A stretch of 64,000 nucleotides of DNA from the NCBI RefSeq assembly GCF_963921235.1, contig NC_086097.1, positions 151,282,001-151,346,000 on the forward strand, in the 5' to 3' direction. Source of the stretch: Mobula hypostoma (taxonomy: Eukaryota). Below the pieces are notes generated by a model. That model was not told the DNA's origin and searched no databases. It saw only the letters and a list, made by a program, of their open reading frames with translations. Shown here one piece after another: positions 52,160 through 64,000 of this stretch (position 1 is its first letter; the number at the start of each line of letters is the position of its first letter). A program made the position numbers and the translations under genes.

Positions 52160-55100
52160 CAGGGAGGAGTAGAGTATCTAATGGGGTGGGGACATCGAGT
52201 TCCCTCGGGAGAAACTCATCCACCATTGGTCCCCACCTGGCACTCAGCTTACACCTGTGGCTCCAATCAGCTGTTTGCTCGTGACAGCTGCCACACTCTG
52301 GTAAACTGCTTCGACGGGCAGGCTAACCCAGATGAGGGCAACCAATGGCTCTTAAACCCTTGGGGAGTTTGGGAGTGGCTAGTCAAGCTAGCAAGGACTG
52401 GACCCAGCAGAATGTGCAGCGGTAGCCACTAGTTTGGCTCAATGGGCAAATAGGTAAATGCAACAAGGCGTTGTGGAGCACTTAGAGCATGATGTGGCAC
52501 CAGGGGTGTCACAGTTCTCCTCTACCTCTGTGGGTGCACTGGCAGTCGTAACCACTGGCCTGCAGTCTGGTGGCTCAGGCCATAGGGTTGTTATCCACTG
52601 ACACAGAGCAGTAATGGCTTTCAGCAGCTACCTGAGTGACCAAGCAGCCCTTTACAGGAGTGCACTGCTCACCTCCATGGTTTGAAGAAGGAGCTAGAAC
52701 AAGTGCTCGAAAGATTGCCTGCTCCGTTCTTTCCCTGACCAGTTTACTGCACCCTATCTTAGCGGTCAAAACACATTAAAGAGAAAATTAAGGACTATTC
52801 CTCTCACCCTTGGAGCGTGGCACACTGTTGGACAGAGTTGATACTGGCAGACCTCAGAGCGAACTGTTCTAATAATTAGCCTGACTTAGCATCATTATCA
52901 CAGCCTTGAGTGAGACCCAGCTTGCAGGAGAGGGCGAACTTTGTGAAAGGGGCATGGGATGTACGTTCATTTGCAGTGGAAGAGCGAATTAAGACCAATA
53001 AGAGGCTGGGGTTGGATTTGCAGTGAAGACAGTGATCTCTGGCAAGCTTGCTGGGCCTCCAAAGGGTGCGAATGACAAGTTGATGACTATGAAACTCCCC
53101 CGTCGCATGGTAGGAAGCATGTCACCATTGTCAGTGCTTATGTCACAACTATAACCAACCCAGCTGATATCAAGGACAAGTTCTATGAAGAACTGCACTC
53201 AGTTATTGTCACTGTTCCCAAGGCCTTATCATCCCTGTTCAACACAGAGTAGACTGACTATCCTCCTGGGATGGGGTCATTGGGAAACATGGTGTTGGCC
53301 ATTCCAGCAGCAACGACTTTCTATTACTCCAGATATGTGCCGAACATGAATTGTTGAACACCAGAAGTGTTTTCCACCTTCCCACCTTTGTGGATGCATC
53401 GTCTGGACAATCAAGAGTGTGAAAACTGCTTGGTCAAACCTTTGAAAGCTGATTGACAACACTGCTATAGAGATTCTGGGACCTGTTGCCAGAAAGCACA
53501 AGGACTTGTCCTAATGAAAACTGTGTCAACATCAAACAACTGCTGGGTGAGAAATATTGTCTCCATAAAGCTTTCCTCAGCAACCCGAAGTCCATCTCAT
53601 AGAAGGATGCCTTCAATAAGATATGAAGGACCATACGACACAAACTGTGTCAGACGCAGGATTTCTGGCTGAGCAATAAAGCTGATGAAATCCAGGTGTA
53701 TGCAGAGAGGTACGCACTAAGAGAAGTCCATTGGACCACATCATCAGGAGCATCCCCTCTCCTTAGTACTGATGGGAACATGCTGATCATTGACAAAAAG
53801 AAAATTAATCGGTGGGCTGAGCTCTTTAACAGTTCTGAATTGTCCTTTGACTATAAATGATGAAGCCAACCCCAAATACATGTCAATGAAGTACTGCATG
53901 TTGCACCAACCTTAGCCGTGACCCACAGAGCAATACATCAACTCTCAGCAGCAAAGCACCTGGATCAGATTTAAACCACCTGAGGCCCACAAGGAAGGTG
54001 GTGCAGTGCTAATAGAAAAAACTCTATTAGCTCTTCCAACTCACGTTGCAGCAAGAGACAATTCTACAGGAATTTAAACTGACAGTCCTGTGACAGCTGT
54101 TGGGAAATAATCTTGCTGTTTATCGCAGGCAAGACCTTTGTCAGGTTTCTTCTCAACTGTCTCACATCACACCTTGACCGGGAACACCTACCGGAGAGTC
54201 AGTGTGGATTCCAGAAAGAGCGTGATGATCATCAAAATGGTGTTTTCTACAAGAGAAACATCAGCAGCAAAAAGCTGACCTGTTCTCCTGCTGTGTTGAT
54301 CATACTAAGGCCTTTGGCACTGTTAGCAGATAGGGTCTCTGCAAGATCATGGCAAAGAATGGATGTCCAAGGAAATTCATCAGCATGGTGCAGCTATTCC
54401 ACATTAGCATGCAAGCTAGAGCTCAGGACAATGGTGAGGCATCCAAGCCTTTCCCTGTCTGAAATGGGACAATTAGGGCTGCATCTTGCCACCAAAACTA
54501 TTCAGTCTGCTGTTTTCTTCCGTGTTGACAGATGCCTTCAGAGACAGCGAGGTAGGCACCAGCATCCGATTCGGCACTGATAGGAAACTGTTCAACCTTA
54601 GGAGGCTCCAAGCAAAAATGAAGGTTATGATAGGCATCATCAGAGTCTTCCTTTTTGCTAATGACTGTGCCCTCAATGCTGAATCAAGAGATGATATGTA
54701 GTGCTGTGCTGACAAATTCTCTCATGCATATGCAACTGTGGTCTTACCATCAACACCAAGAAGACTAAATTAATGCTTCAGCCAGTTCCAGGGAAATCAT
54801 ACATTGAGCCAAACATCACAATCAACTGTCAAAGACTCAATCCAGTGAACGGGTTCACGTATCTTGGCAGCATACTGTCCCGGAACATCGTCATTGATGG
54901 TGAAGTAAACAGCAGGATCACCAAAGTAAATGTAGCCTTCAGCAGACTTTATACCAATGTCTGCAACAGAAGAGGCATAAGTTTACAGATGAAACTGCAG
55001 GTGCATGGGGCCATACTACTCCCCACTCTGCTTTACACCTGTGAAACATGGTCAGGGTGCCAACAGCACGCCATGAAACTGGACCATTTCCACACAGTCT

Positions 55101-57215
55101 GCACAGAAATCTCCTTAATATTAAGTTGCAAGATAGAATCCCTGACGCTGAGGTATCTACCAAAGTTGGCATGCCCAGTATCTAGACCATCCTGATGTAA
55201 TCCCAGTTACACTGGGAAGGTCATGTAGTTCTTATACCAGACCACAGGCTGCTGGACCAGACAATATTCCTGGCAGAGTGCTTAGAGGATGTGCAGACCA
55301 GCTAGCAGAGATTCTCACTGAGATCTTCAATATCTCCCTGAGCAACGCCGTCGTTCCTATGTGCTTCAAGGCCGCCACCGTCGTCCCCGTGCCGAAGAAG
55401 TCTTCAGTGTCCTGCCTCAATGAGTACCATCCCATTGCACTCACATCCATCGTCATGAAGTGTTTCGAGAGGCTCGTCATGAGGCACATCAAGACCCTGC
55501 TGCCCCCCTCACTGGACCCCCTGCAGTTCGCGTACCGTCCCAACCGTTCAACAGACGATGCCATTGCCATCAACCTCCACCTGGCCCTAACCCACCTGGA
55601 CAAAAAAGACACGTATGTTCGAATGCTGTTCATAGACTTCAGTTCAGCATTCAACACAATCATTCCTCAGAAACTGATTGGAAAGCTGAGCCTACTGGGC
55701 TTGAACACCTCCCTCTGAAACTGGATCCTCGGCTTCCTGACTGGGAGACCTCAGTCAGTCTGGATTGGAAACAGCATCTCCAACACCATCACACTGAGCA
55801 CGGGGGCCCCCCAGGGCTGTGTGCTCAGTCCACTGCTGTTTACTCTGCTGACCCACGACTGTGCTGCAACACACAGCTCAAACCACATCATCAAGTTCGC
55901 CGATGACATGGTCGTGGTGGGTCTCATCAGCAAGAACGATGAGTCAGCACACAGAGAGGAGGTGCAGCGGCTAACGGACTGGTTCACAGCCAATACCCCG
56001 TCTCTGAATGTAACCAAAATAAAAGAGATGGTTGTTGACTTCAGGAGGACACAGAGAGACCACTCACCACTGAACATCGACGACTCCAACGTAGAGGTTG
56101 TTAAGAGCACCAAATTTCTTGGTGTTCACCTGGTGAAGAATCTCACCTGGTCCTGCAACACCAGCTCCATAGCAAAGAAAGCCCAGCAGTGTCTCTACTT
56201 TCTGCGAAGGCTGAGAAAAGTCCATCTCCCACCCCCCATCCTCACCACATTCTACAGAGGTTGTATTGAGAGCATACTGAGCAGCTGCATCACTGCCTGG
56301 TTCGGAAATTGCATCATCTCGGATCGCAAGACCCTGCAGCAGATAGTGAGGTCAGCTGAGAAGATCATCGAGGTCTCTCTTCCCGCCATTACAGTCATTT
56401 ACACTGCACGCTGCATCCACAAAGCAAACAGCATTATGAAGGACCCCACGCACCCCTCATATAAATTCTTCTCCCTCCTGCCATCTGGCAGAAGACACCG
56501 AAGCATTCGGGCTCTCACGACCAGACTATGTAACAATTTCTTCCTCCAAGCCATCAGACTCCTCAATACCCAGAGCCTGGACTGAAACCAACCTACTGCC
56601 CTCTACTGTGCCTATTGTCTTGTTTATTATTTATTGTAATGCCTGCACTGTTTTGTGCACTTTACGCAGTTCTGGATAGGTCTGTAGTCTAGTGTAGTTT
56701 TTGTGTTTTACGTAGTTCAGTGTAGTTTTTGTATTGTTTCATGTAGCACCATGGTCCTGAAGAACGTTGTCTCGTTTTTACTGTGTACTGTACCAGCAGT
56801 TTATGGTCGAGATGACAATTAAAAATTGACTTGACTTGACAAATGTCTGCTTTAGGGTAAACTACAAAAATGAAACGGTTCCTTTGGAGGCCGAAGGTAA
56901 CACTTAAGACACCCTGAAAACTTCACTAAAAGCCTTCGGCATCAACAAAGACACATGGGAACTGGTTCTGGTTGAGTGGCGGCCCTCCCTCCATTATAAG
57001 GGTGCAGTGACACATGAGGCAGAAGGGACAATTGCAGCGGAGAGGCATAGGCTACCCCGAGGCAGTGAACCCCAGCTCATTATCTTTTGAACACACTACC
57101 AGAGGACTTTTCGAGCGTGGATTGGCTTCTCCAGCCATCTATGTACCCACAGGCCAGTCCAGCCCCAAATCGCGGATGATTAGCGTGGTTCTCATCGTTG
57201 AACGATCGAACGAAC
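52160..57215 (+). mobile_element. RTE/BovB-type LINE, near full-length, decayed, interrupted by Rex1
   Basis: 5' UTR, APE remnant, RT motifs LPESQCGF, LFNLRRLQAK, FLFANDCAL, FTYLGS and LLYTCETW. The C-terminal part resumes at 56841. Confidence 0.9.
55246..56840 (+). mobile_element. Young 5'-truncated Rex1/Babar LINE
   Basis: ORFs 55278-55718 and 55821-56585 are in frame with one TGA between them. Motifs [40 protein letters not shown]; (TTGAC)3 tail. Confidence 0.95.
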
Positions 57216-57624
57216 GTATCAATAAACGTTGTAGTTGATTAGGGAAGCTGTATGTAAGAAATAAACCACAGGGAGGCAGTATTGCCTCTTTCCAGAAAGA
57301 AACTTTATTGAAGTGCTTTATGACTTCTTGCAGTCAATCTGCAGCAAATAATGTCCATCCATCCCTAAACCATTACATTAACTACAACTCATTCTTAGTG
57401 AGATTCACTGTCACCTCATATTCTTCTGCCCCTTTTTTATAAAAAAAATCAATAAAATTCATTGCAATAGAGTCCTGTATATTCCGACTATAAGCAAACA
57501 TCAAATATGTTTTAATAAATTGAATGCATAAAACGAATACAAAGTTACGTTGCATAAAATGTTATAAATATTTTGAAACTATGTTCAAATACGATTTATT
57601 TATTTACAGTTATTGAATTATTTT

Positions 57625-58210
57625 TACTCCGCGGAAATATATGGTGCCCCGCCACTGAGTGAGCGGTGCTACAATCTTGATTGACGGGCACAAAGCCCAT
57701 TCAAGAAAGAAATCAGGACAGGAGGGCGGGGATTAACGAATGATCGACCTTTGACGAAGCTCGGAGCTGGGAAGCACACTTGCCGCCTCAGAAGCTGGCT
57801 CGGCTCTTTCGCAGGGTGCGAAAAATTCGCGCGGCGATAGGTCGAACCACGTTAGCGAGAAGGTGCAGGGGTGTCCAATAGCAACAGGGGCAGACTTTTG
57901 AGTGACTCGAACAAGACCAATCAGTCGGCTGGGGGCGGGCTGCAACGGAGGCAGCGGACGGTTATTTTTGATTTCGTTTCCTCTCTTTATAATCTGCGTT
58001 GTCGCCTGAAGCGGAGAAAGGGGGGAAGGAGAGGGGGAAAATAGAGAGAAAACGAATGAGTGAGTGAGAAAATAAAGTCATAGAGGGGTTCGGGGCAGCG
58101 GTTACCTCACAGTCGTGTCTTCGGGACTGCTTTTCTGTCTTGTATTTTGCGGATTTGTGTTAATTTGAACAGCCGAACCGCGGCATTTCACCGCCCGAGT
58201 TGGACGCTTT
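57625..58210 (+). promoter_or_regulatory. CpG-rich promoter / 5' UTR of the KHDRBS-family gene
   Basis: Sharp CpG enrichment directly upstream of the coding exon. GC boxes at 57724-57729 and 57933-57938, CCAAT at 57875-57879 and 57917-57921, and E2F-like GCGAAAAATTCGCGC at ~57818. Confidence 0.8.
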
Positions 58211-58319
58211 GGCTGATTTTTTTGTATGTGAGGTTGGGGTGGTGGGTGGATTTTAAGTGATTATTCATTACTGTGCTAACACTTTTAAAAAAATGACCCA
58301 AGTCGCCCTTTGCTGCAGG

Positions 58320-58410
58320 ATGGAGGATGAGAAGTATTTACCCGAGCTGATGGCCGAGAAGGACAGTCTGGACCCTTCTTTCGTCCACGCCACCAGGCTA
58401 GTGACAGCAG
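58320..58410 (+). CDS. KHDRBS3: First coding exon of a KHDRBS (Sam68/SLM, STAR family) RNA-binding protein; paralogue uncertain (KHDRBS3 slightly favoured over KHDRBS2)
   Basis: [30 protein letters not shown] is the QUA1 dimerisation region. The 91-nt exon ends in a phase-1 donor CAG|GTACAT, at the position where KHDRBS genes have their first intron. The family call is solid; the paralogue is not. Exon 2 is not in the window. Confidence 0.92.
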
Positions 58411-59469
58411 GTACATTCACTGTATTTATAGACCTGGATAAAACTTTGTGATTATTCTCTTCTGGCCCCAGCTAAACTCTCAACTTGTTATTTATTGCAG
58501 AAAATATTACTTGACTTAAAATAATTTATTTTTTCTGAATACGATTTTTGTTTTATTCGATTCCAATACAAACAAAGTTGCAAACGAAATAGATTTTTGT
58601 TTTTTTAATTCATTTTAATGATGACTGAAGTCATTTTTTGTTTGCATTTCCCCGTCGATTCTATTGTTCTCATTGATTTGTGGACATTACTCATAACCCG
58701 TTACACAGGTTGTCTCTCTGAAATACTCACGGGTTAACGTTTCTTTTTTTTTGGAGGTTATTTTATTCCAGCAGTTCAGGTGATTGCGATTCATGCAATG
58801 CAGTTTTAAAATACTGCAAAACATACTTCAGTAGGAAAGTCCTTCCCTATCACTTGTGTTTTTGGACTCAATGTGCTCCCATTGAATCATTCTTCAGCTC
58901 ATTTGCACTGTTTTCATCTAATGATCGGCGTTTCTATCATCGTCTAAAAGTTTTATTAAACACGTCTGGACGCATATTTCAAAATTCAAATTGTTTAAGG
59001 AAAATAGCTATAAATAGAACTCGGAACAATGTCTAAAGTATAATACATTCCTGCCTAAGTTTCAAATCCGGAAAGAATACAGAATCGATGTTCTAATTAA
59101 AAAATCATTCCGGACATTGCTTCTGCCGCAGGTCTGTCTTGGAAGATACCTTTAAAAATGAATTGATTCATTCTTTGGTGTTTTCAATGAAGGCATCTGA
59201 AGGATGGAAAAAACATCTTGTATGCCAATGTCAAAAATTGTGAAGCAATATAATTAATAATTAATGGGAAACAAATTAATGGAGAAATTCATAACTACAG
59301 ATATTTTAGATGACATTTTTAATATCAGTATTAATATTATACTGACAAATTCACTAATATCCATGCATTTCTAGACTTCACATATCCAATGTTTGTGAAG
59401 TACATGAATTGAGCACTGTTTAGCTTCAAGTTTTCATTGTGCTAAAGTATGCAGTATGATTATAAGCTT

Positions 59470-59690
59470 GAGATTCTACAGATGCTGTAGTTCTTGAGCA
59501 GTACACAGAAAATGCTCAAGAAACTCAGCAAGTCAAGCAGCATCTGTGGAGGGAATATCAGTTGACATTTCATGCCAAGACCCACCTATTCCGATTGTGA
59601 TGAAGTTCTCTTTTGGAAATGTTGACTGTTTTGTCCTCTCCTTAGAGGCTCCCTGACTTGCTGAGTTCCAGCATTTAAGAATGAGTTGCA
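59470..59690. repeat. Penelope-derived short foldback element, decayed
   Basis: AAATGC..AACTCAGCAAGTCA..CAGTTGACATTTC is inverted against GAAATGTTGACTG..TGACTTGCTGAGTTCCAGCATTT. Confidence 0.75.
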
Positions 59691-60671
59691 CCTTGTGATT
59701 ATATAGCTTACTGATGTCATAAAACTATAATTTATTCTTGAAATCTGCAAATTTAGAATAAATACTTTGCTAGCGTGGATAGATTGGCTACACTGTTTGA
59801 GTTTTTTGGGTAGAAAGAAGTATAACTTTTTTCAATATGCATAGAGTCACTTTTTCTGGTAATAGTAATACCCACTGTTTTTTTACACTGCATCATGCAA
59901 AGCCGCCGATCTCCACTTCATGCCATTGCATTGAGGCAGTTTTCAGAAGCAGGAATGCTAAGGAGGTAACTGAACAACTGAATTGTTCAGAAGTTCTGCA
60001 GCTTAAACTTTTTAGTTGATTACTTCAAACACTAGGTATTCTGACCATCTATTCTCTAAAGCAGGAGATTATTGACCTATATGCATTCAATTTTAGATGC
60101 TTTTTGTAAACAGGAAAGTTTGTGGTTAGCAAAAAATCTACTGTAATTTTCTGTTAAAGCAATTTTATAGTATTTTGCACTGCTTTCTCCTAGACTTTAT
60201 TTGGACTATATTGTGAACATGTATCACGGTTAAAATTACTATTTGACAACCTTATTTGCTGATGTTCTTGTGAAACTTGTACATGAATTAATTTTTGAAT
60301 TTATGGGTTTGGTTTGAAACTTTGATATTTGCATTTGAAGTGATGTTGCATTTTGGTACTCTGGCTCCGCAGTGGTGCTGTCTTTATGTTCATGGTGTTG
60401 GGATAAGATAGTTTTTATCTGGGGAAAAGCAGACTTTTTAATTTCAAGGGCATTGTAATGATCAAATGACACATTTGCCATTAACAGTATTCCATCAAAT
60501 TTTTGCAGTGTTGGATTGACAGGAGTAATAAAAAGAATTTTTAAAAATGCAATTATCATTCACATTTCAATTTATTTTGATAACTTCAGTACTTGTTGAC
60601 TTTTCTATGTTGAATGTGTGCTTATCTTAACCCAATTTTTGTAGAAGAAAAGGGAATTGTATCCAATCTAA

Positions 60672-60860
60672 ACTAACACACACAAAATGCTGGAGGAACT
60701 CAGCAGGGCAGCATTTGTGGGAAAGAGTAAACAGTCGACATTTCGGGTCAAGACTCTTCTCCAGTCTTTTTCCGTTGATGCTGCCTGACCTGCTGAGTTC
60801 CTCCAGCATTGTGTGTGCGTTGCTTTGGATTTGCAGCATCTGCAGATTTTCTGGTGTTTA
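60672..60860. repeat. Penelope-derived short foldback element with 12-bp TSD
   Basis: Arms AATGCTGGAGGAACTCAGCAGG / CCTGCTGAGTTCCTCCAGCATT. TSD TATCCAATCTAA at 60660-60671 and 60861-60872. Confidence 0.85.
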
Positions 60861-60999
60861 TATCCAATCTAATTTTGAGCACAGAAATTACTTTTATCTA
60901 TTATTTATGGAGCTGACTGAAATTGATAAGTGGTCCTTCAAGAACATGTATGCTTTCCTGAACAGTAGATGGTATTTTGTAAGTATGTGTCAAATAGTG

Positions 61000-62187
61000 T
61001 ATGTATGTGGATGTTGTCTATATGAACTTCAGTAAGGCCTTTGACAAGGTTCCACGTGGAAGGTTAGTTAGGAAGGTTCAATCGTTAGGCATTAATATGA
61101 AAGTAGTAAAATGGATTCAGCAGTGGCTAGATGGGAGATGCCAGAGAGTAGTGGTGGATAACTGTGTGTCAGATTGGAGGATGGCGTGTAACGATGTGCC
61201 TCAGGGATCTGTACTGGGTCCAGTGTTGTTTGTCATATATATTAATGATCTGGCTGATGGGGTGGTAAATTGGATTAGTAAGTATGCAGATGATACTAAG
61301 ATAGGTGGCGTGGATGATGAGGAAAGTTTTCAAAGCTTGCAGAGAAATTTAAGACAGAAGAGTGGGCTGAAAGATGGCAGATGGAGTTTAATGTTGAAAA
61401 ATGTGAGGTGCTACATTTTGGTTGACTAACCAAAATAGGACATACATGGTAAATGGTAGGGCATTAAGGAATGCAGTAGAACAGAGGGATCTAGGAGTAA
61501 TGGTGCCTAGTTCCCTGAAGGTGGAATCTCATGTGGATAGCGTGGTGAAGAAAGCTTTTGGTATGCTGGCCTTTATAAATCAGAGCATTGAATATAGGAG
61601 TTGGGATGTAATGTTGAAATTATATAGGGCATTGGTGAGGCCAAATTTGGAGTATTGTGTACAGTTCTGGTCACTGAATTATAGGAAAGATGTCAATAAA
61701 ATTGAGAGAGTACAGAGGAGCTTTACTAAACTGTTGCTTGGGTTTCATCTCCTAAGTTACAGAGAAAGGTTGAATAAGTTAGGTCTTTATTCTTTGGAGC
61801 ATAGAAGGTTGAGGGGGAACTTGATAGAGGTGTTTAAAATTATGAGGGGGATTGATCGAGTTGACATGGATAGGCTTTTTCCATTGAGAGTGGGGAAGAT
61901 TCAAACAAGAGGGCATGAGTTGAGAGTTGAAGGACAAAAGTTTAGGGGTAACATGAGGAGGAGCTTCTTTACTCAGAGAGTGGTAGCTGTGTGGAACGAG
62001 CTTCCAGCAGAAGTGGTTGAGGCAGGTTCGATGTTGTCATTTAAAGTTAAATTGGATAGATATATGGACAGGAATGGAGGGTTATGGGCTGAGTGCAGGT
62101 TGGTGGGACTAGGTGAGAGTAAGAGTTCGGCACGGATTAGAAGGGCCGAGATGGCCTGTTTCCGTGCTGTAATTGTTATATGGTTAA
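61000..62187 (+). mobile_element. CR1 3' portion in KHDRBS intron 1
   Basis: ORFs 61001-61429 (FSKAFDKVP, YADDTKIG) and 61422-62279 (RPNLEYCVQFW, FFTQRVVAVWNELP). Confidence 0.92.
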
Positions 62188-62947
62188 TGCTAAGAGGATC
62201 CACAGTATTTGTTTTGTTGACTAATTATACAAATTTTATAGTGATAAGGTATCATGTTTTTGGCAATTGTATATTGTAATTTTGGGAGAGACTAGAAATT
62301 CCCATAAAGTGAAAACCTAACGATAAACTTATGAATGTCATCGTGCAGTCAATTGTTGACAAATGTAGAGTGAGTAATCTCTATCGTGCTTCTGATACGA
62401 ACAGGAATTTTGCATTGGAGCTTGGTGCTTAAATTTGCAGTGATTTAGCACTGATTACTTACTAAATTGTGCTGAATTTAGGTGATGCAAATATGACTTG
62501 ATACTCCTGTTGAGTGACTTGTAATGCTGTTTAAAAGCCTTTATAGTTGAAGTAGCGGTTTCAGATTATTGTTTTTTTTAAAGGCTTCAAATATTTTTTG
62601 TTCAAGAAAAAAATTATCTTCTCAATTGTTAAAAATTTCAAACATTTCATAACCTTCACAGAAATGATTCAGTTCATCCTGATTTTAAGTTAGTTACCCA
62701 CTATTTGAACCTCTTCTAATTTCATTAAACAGTTTCATGTGGCAAATGTGTCAAGTTAAAATTTATTTCCTAAAATACTGTTTTAATTTTTTGCTTTACT
62801 TTTCAACAGATCTTTTGTTCCTTGTGTGCACATATTTTTCAGGATGCAAGTGTACTGTAAGGTTTAACATGATAAGTTGGAATTGGTGCATTTTATGCAA
62901 GAAATAACCTAAATTACTTGGTGACTCATGTAATTGCTACTAAATTG

Positions 62948-63490
62948 AGTCGTAGTCATACTTTATTGATCCTGGGGGAAATTGGTTTTCGTTACAGTTG
63001 CACCATAAATAATAGTAATAGAAATATTAACAGTAATATTACTATTAGTAAATAGTAATAGTCATAGAAATAATAAATAGTAATAGAAAATAGTAATAAA
63101 TGGTTAAATAGTAATATGTAAATTATGTCAGTAAATTATGAAATAAGTCAAGGACCAGCCTATTGGCTCAGAGTGTCTGACCCTCCAAGGGAGGAGTTGT
63201 AAAGTTTGATGGCCACAGGCAGGAATGACTTCCTATGACACTCTGTACTGCATCTCGGAGGAATGAGTTTCTGGCTGAATGTACTCCTGTGCCCACCCAG
63301 TACATTATGTAGTGGATGGGACACATTGTCCAAGATGGCATGCAACTGGGACAGCATCCTCTTTTCAGACACCACCGTCAGAGAGTCCAGTTCCATCCCC
63401 ACAACATCACTGGCCTTACGAATGAGTTTGTTGATTCTGTTGGTGTCTGCTACCCTCAGCCTGCTGCCCCAGCAAACAACAGCAGCAGGC
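62948..63490 (-). mobile_element. Rex1/Babar-type LINE 3' fragment with AT-rich UTR
   Basis: ORF 63160-63507 (VCWGS..LDNVSHPLH..RKSFLPVAIKLYN). Confidence 0.8.
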
Positions 63491-63904
63491 TGAGATTTGA
63501 AATTCAAGTTGAATATTGCTGAAAACTAGGTCTAGTAAAAAAACGACAATGGCAGCAAGGATTGTACTTTCATGAGCAACAAACGCTGGAGGAACTCTTG
63601 TCCTTTCAAGGATTCTATCCCGAATGCAAATAAATTTAATTATCTCTTAAATGAGAAAATGAATATGCAATGTAGGAATATGCATTGCCTTGCTTAATGG
63701 ATCATGGAATGCTTGTGGTCTCACAAAGATTTAATAAATCCTGGAAAGATTTTGTATTTATTAACGAAGTTCTATAACATTAACTGAACTTAGGGTATTT
63801 AATTGCAGACTTTTGTTTTGACTTGAGTGAAGTATTCCTTTTTTGAATTCCACCACAAAATCAAATTGGTTGTTCCATGTAACTGCAAAGGTATCCAAAC
63901 TAAT

Positions 63905-64000
63905 ATAAACACGAGAGATTCCACAGATGTTGGAAATCCAAAGCAATACACACAATGCAGGAGGAACTCAGCAGGTGAGGCAGCATCGATGGAAATGAAT
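63905..64000. repeat. Penelope-derived terminal repeat arm (runs off the window)
   Basis: Close to the reverse complement of 60775-60860. Confidence 0.75.

Noticed and set aside
1..57600. miR-30b/d hairpins, expected near KHDRBS3 by synteny
   Set aside because: I did not find TGTAAACATCC or its reverse complement by eye. A computational scan would be needed to exclude them.
58257..58451. 64-aa single-exon ORF as listed in the track
   Set aside because: Homology ends at the GT donor at 58411; the rest is intron read-through.
63005..63150. AATAGT-type repeats as a CRISPR-like array or a STAR-protein autoregulatory site
   Set aside because: This is low-complexity 3' UTR of a Rex1-type fragment with no repeat-spacer structure, and U(U/A)AA motifs are expected by chance in AT-rich sequence.

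Overview
This is vertebrate genomic DNA, not prokaryotic. The repeat landscape suggests a cartilaginous fish (ray or shark; inference). About 57 kb of retroelement-dense intergenic sequence is followed by a CpG-rich promoter (~57.6-58.2 kb), the first coding exon of a KHDRBS/STAR-family RNA-binding gene (58320-58410, +) and the start of its intron 1. Almost all long ORFs in the track are transposon remnants: CR1, Rex1/Babar, RTE, HERO, Penelope, hAT-Charlie, Tigger-like, a solo LTR, and Deu- and V-SINEs, often nested with readable target-site duplications (TSDs). The most interesting signals are RNA structures. An ORF-less retroposon carries a motif-complete HDV-like ribozyme core (1941-2004, -), and a related element at ~22.5 kb carries a decayed counterpart. 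Penelope terminal repeats carry minimal hammerhead ribozymes, with one intact copy at 44344-44381. Penelope-derived foldback elements lie in KHDRBS intron 1. All family assignments come from motif recognition by eye, without any database search, and the boundaries of old repeats are approximate.
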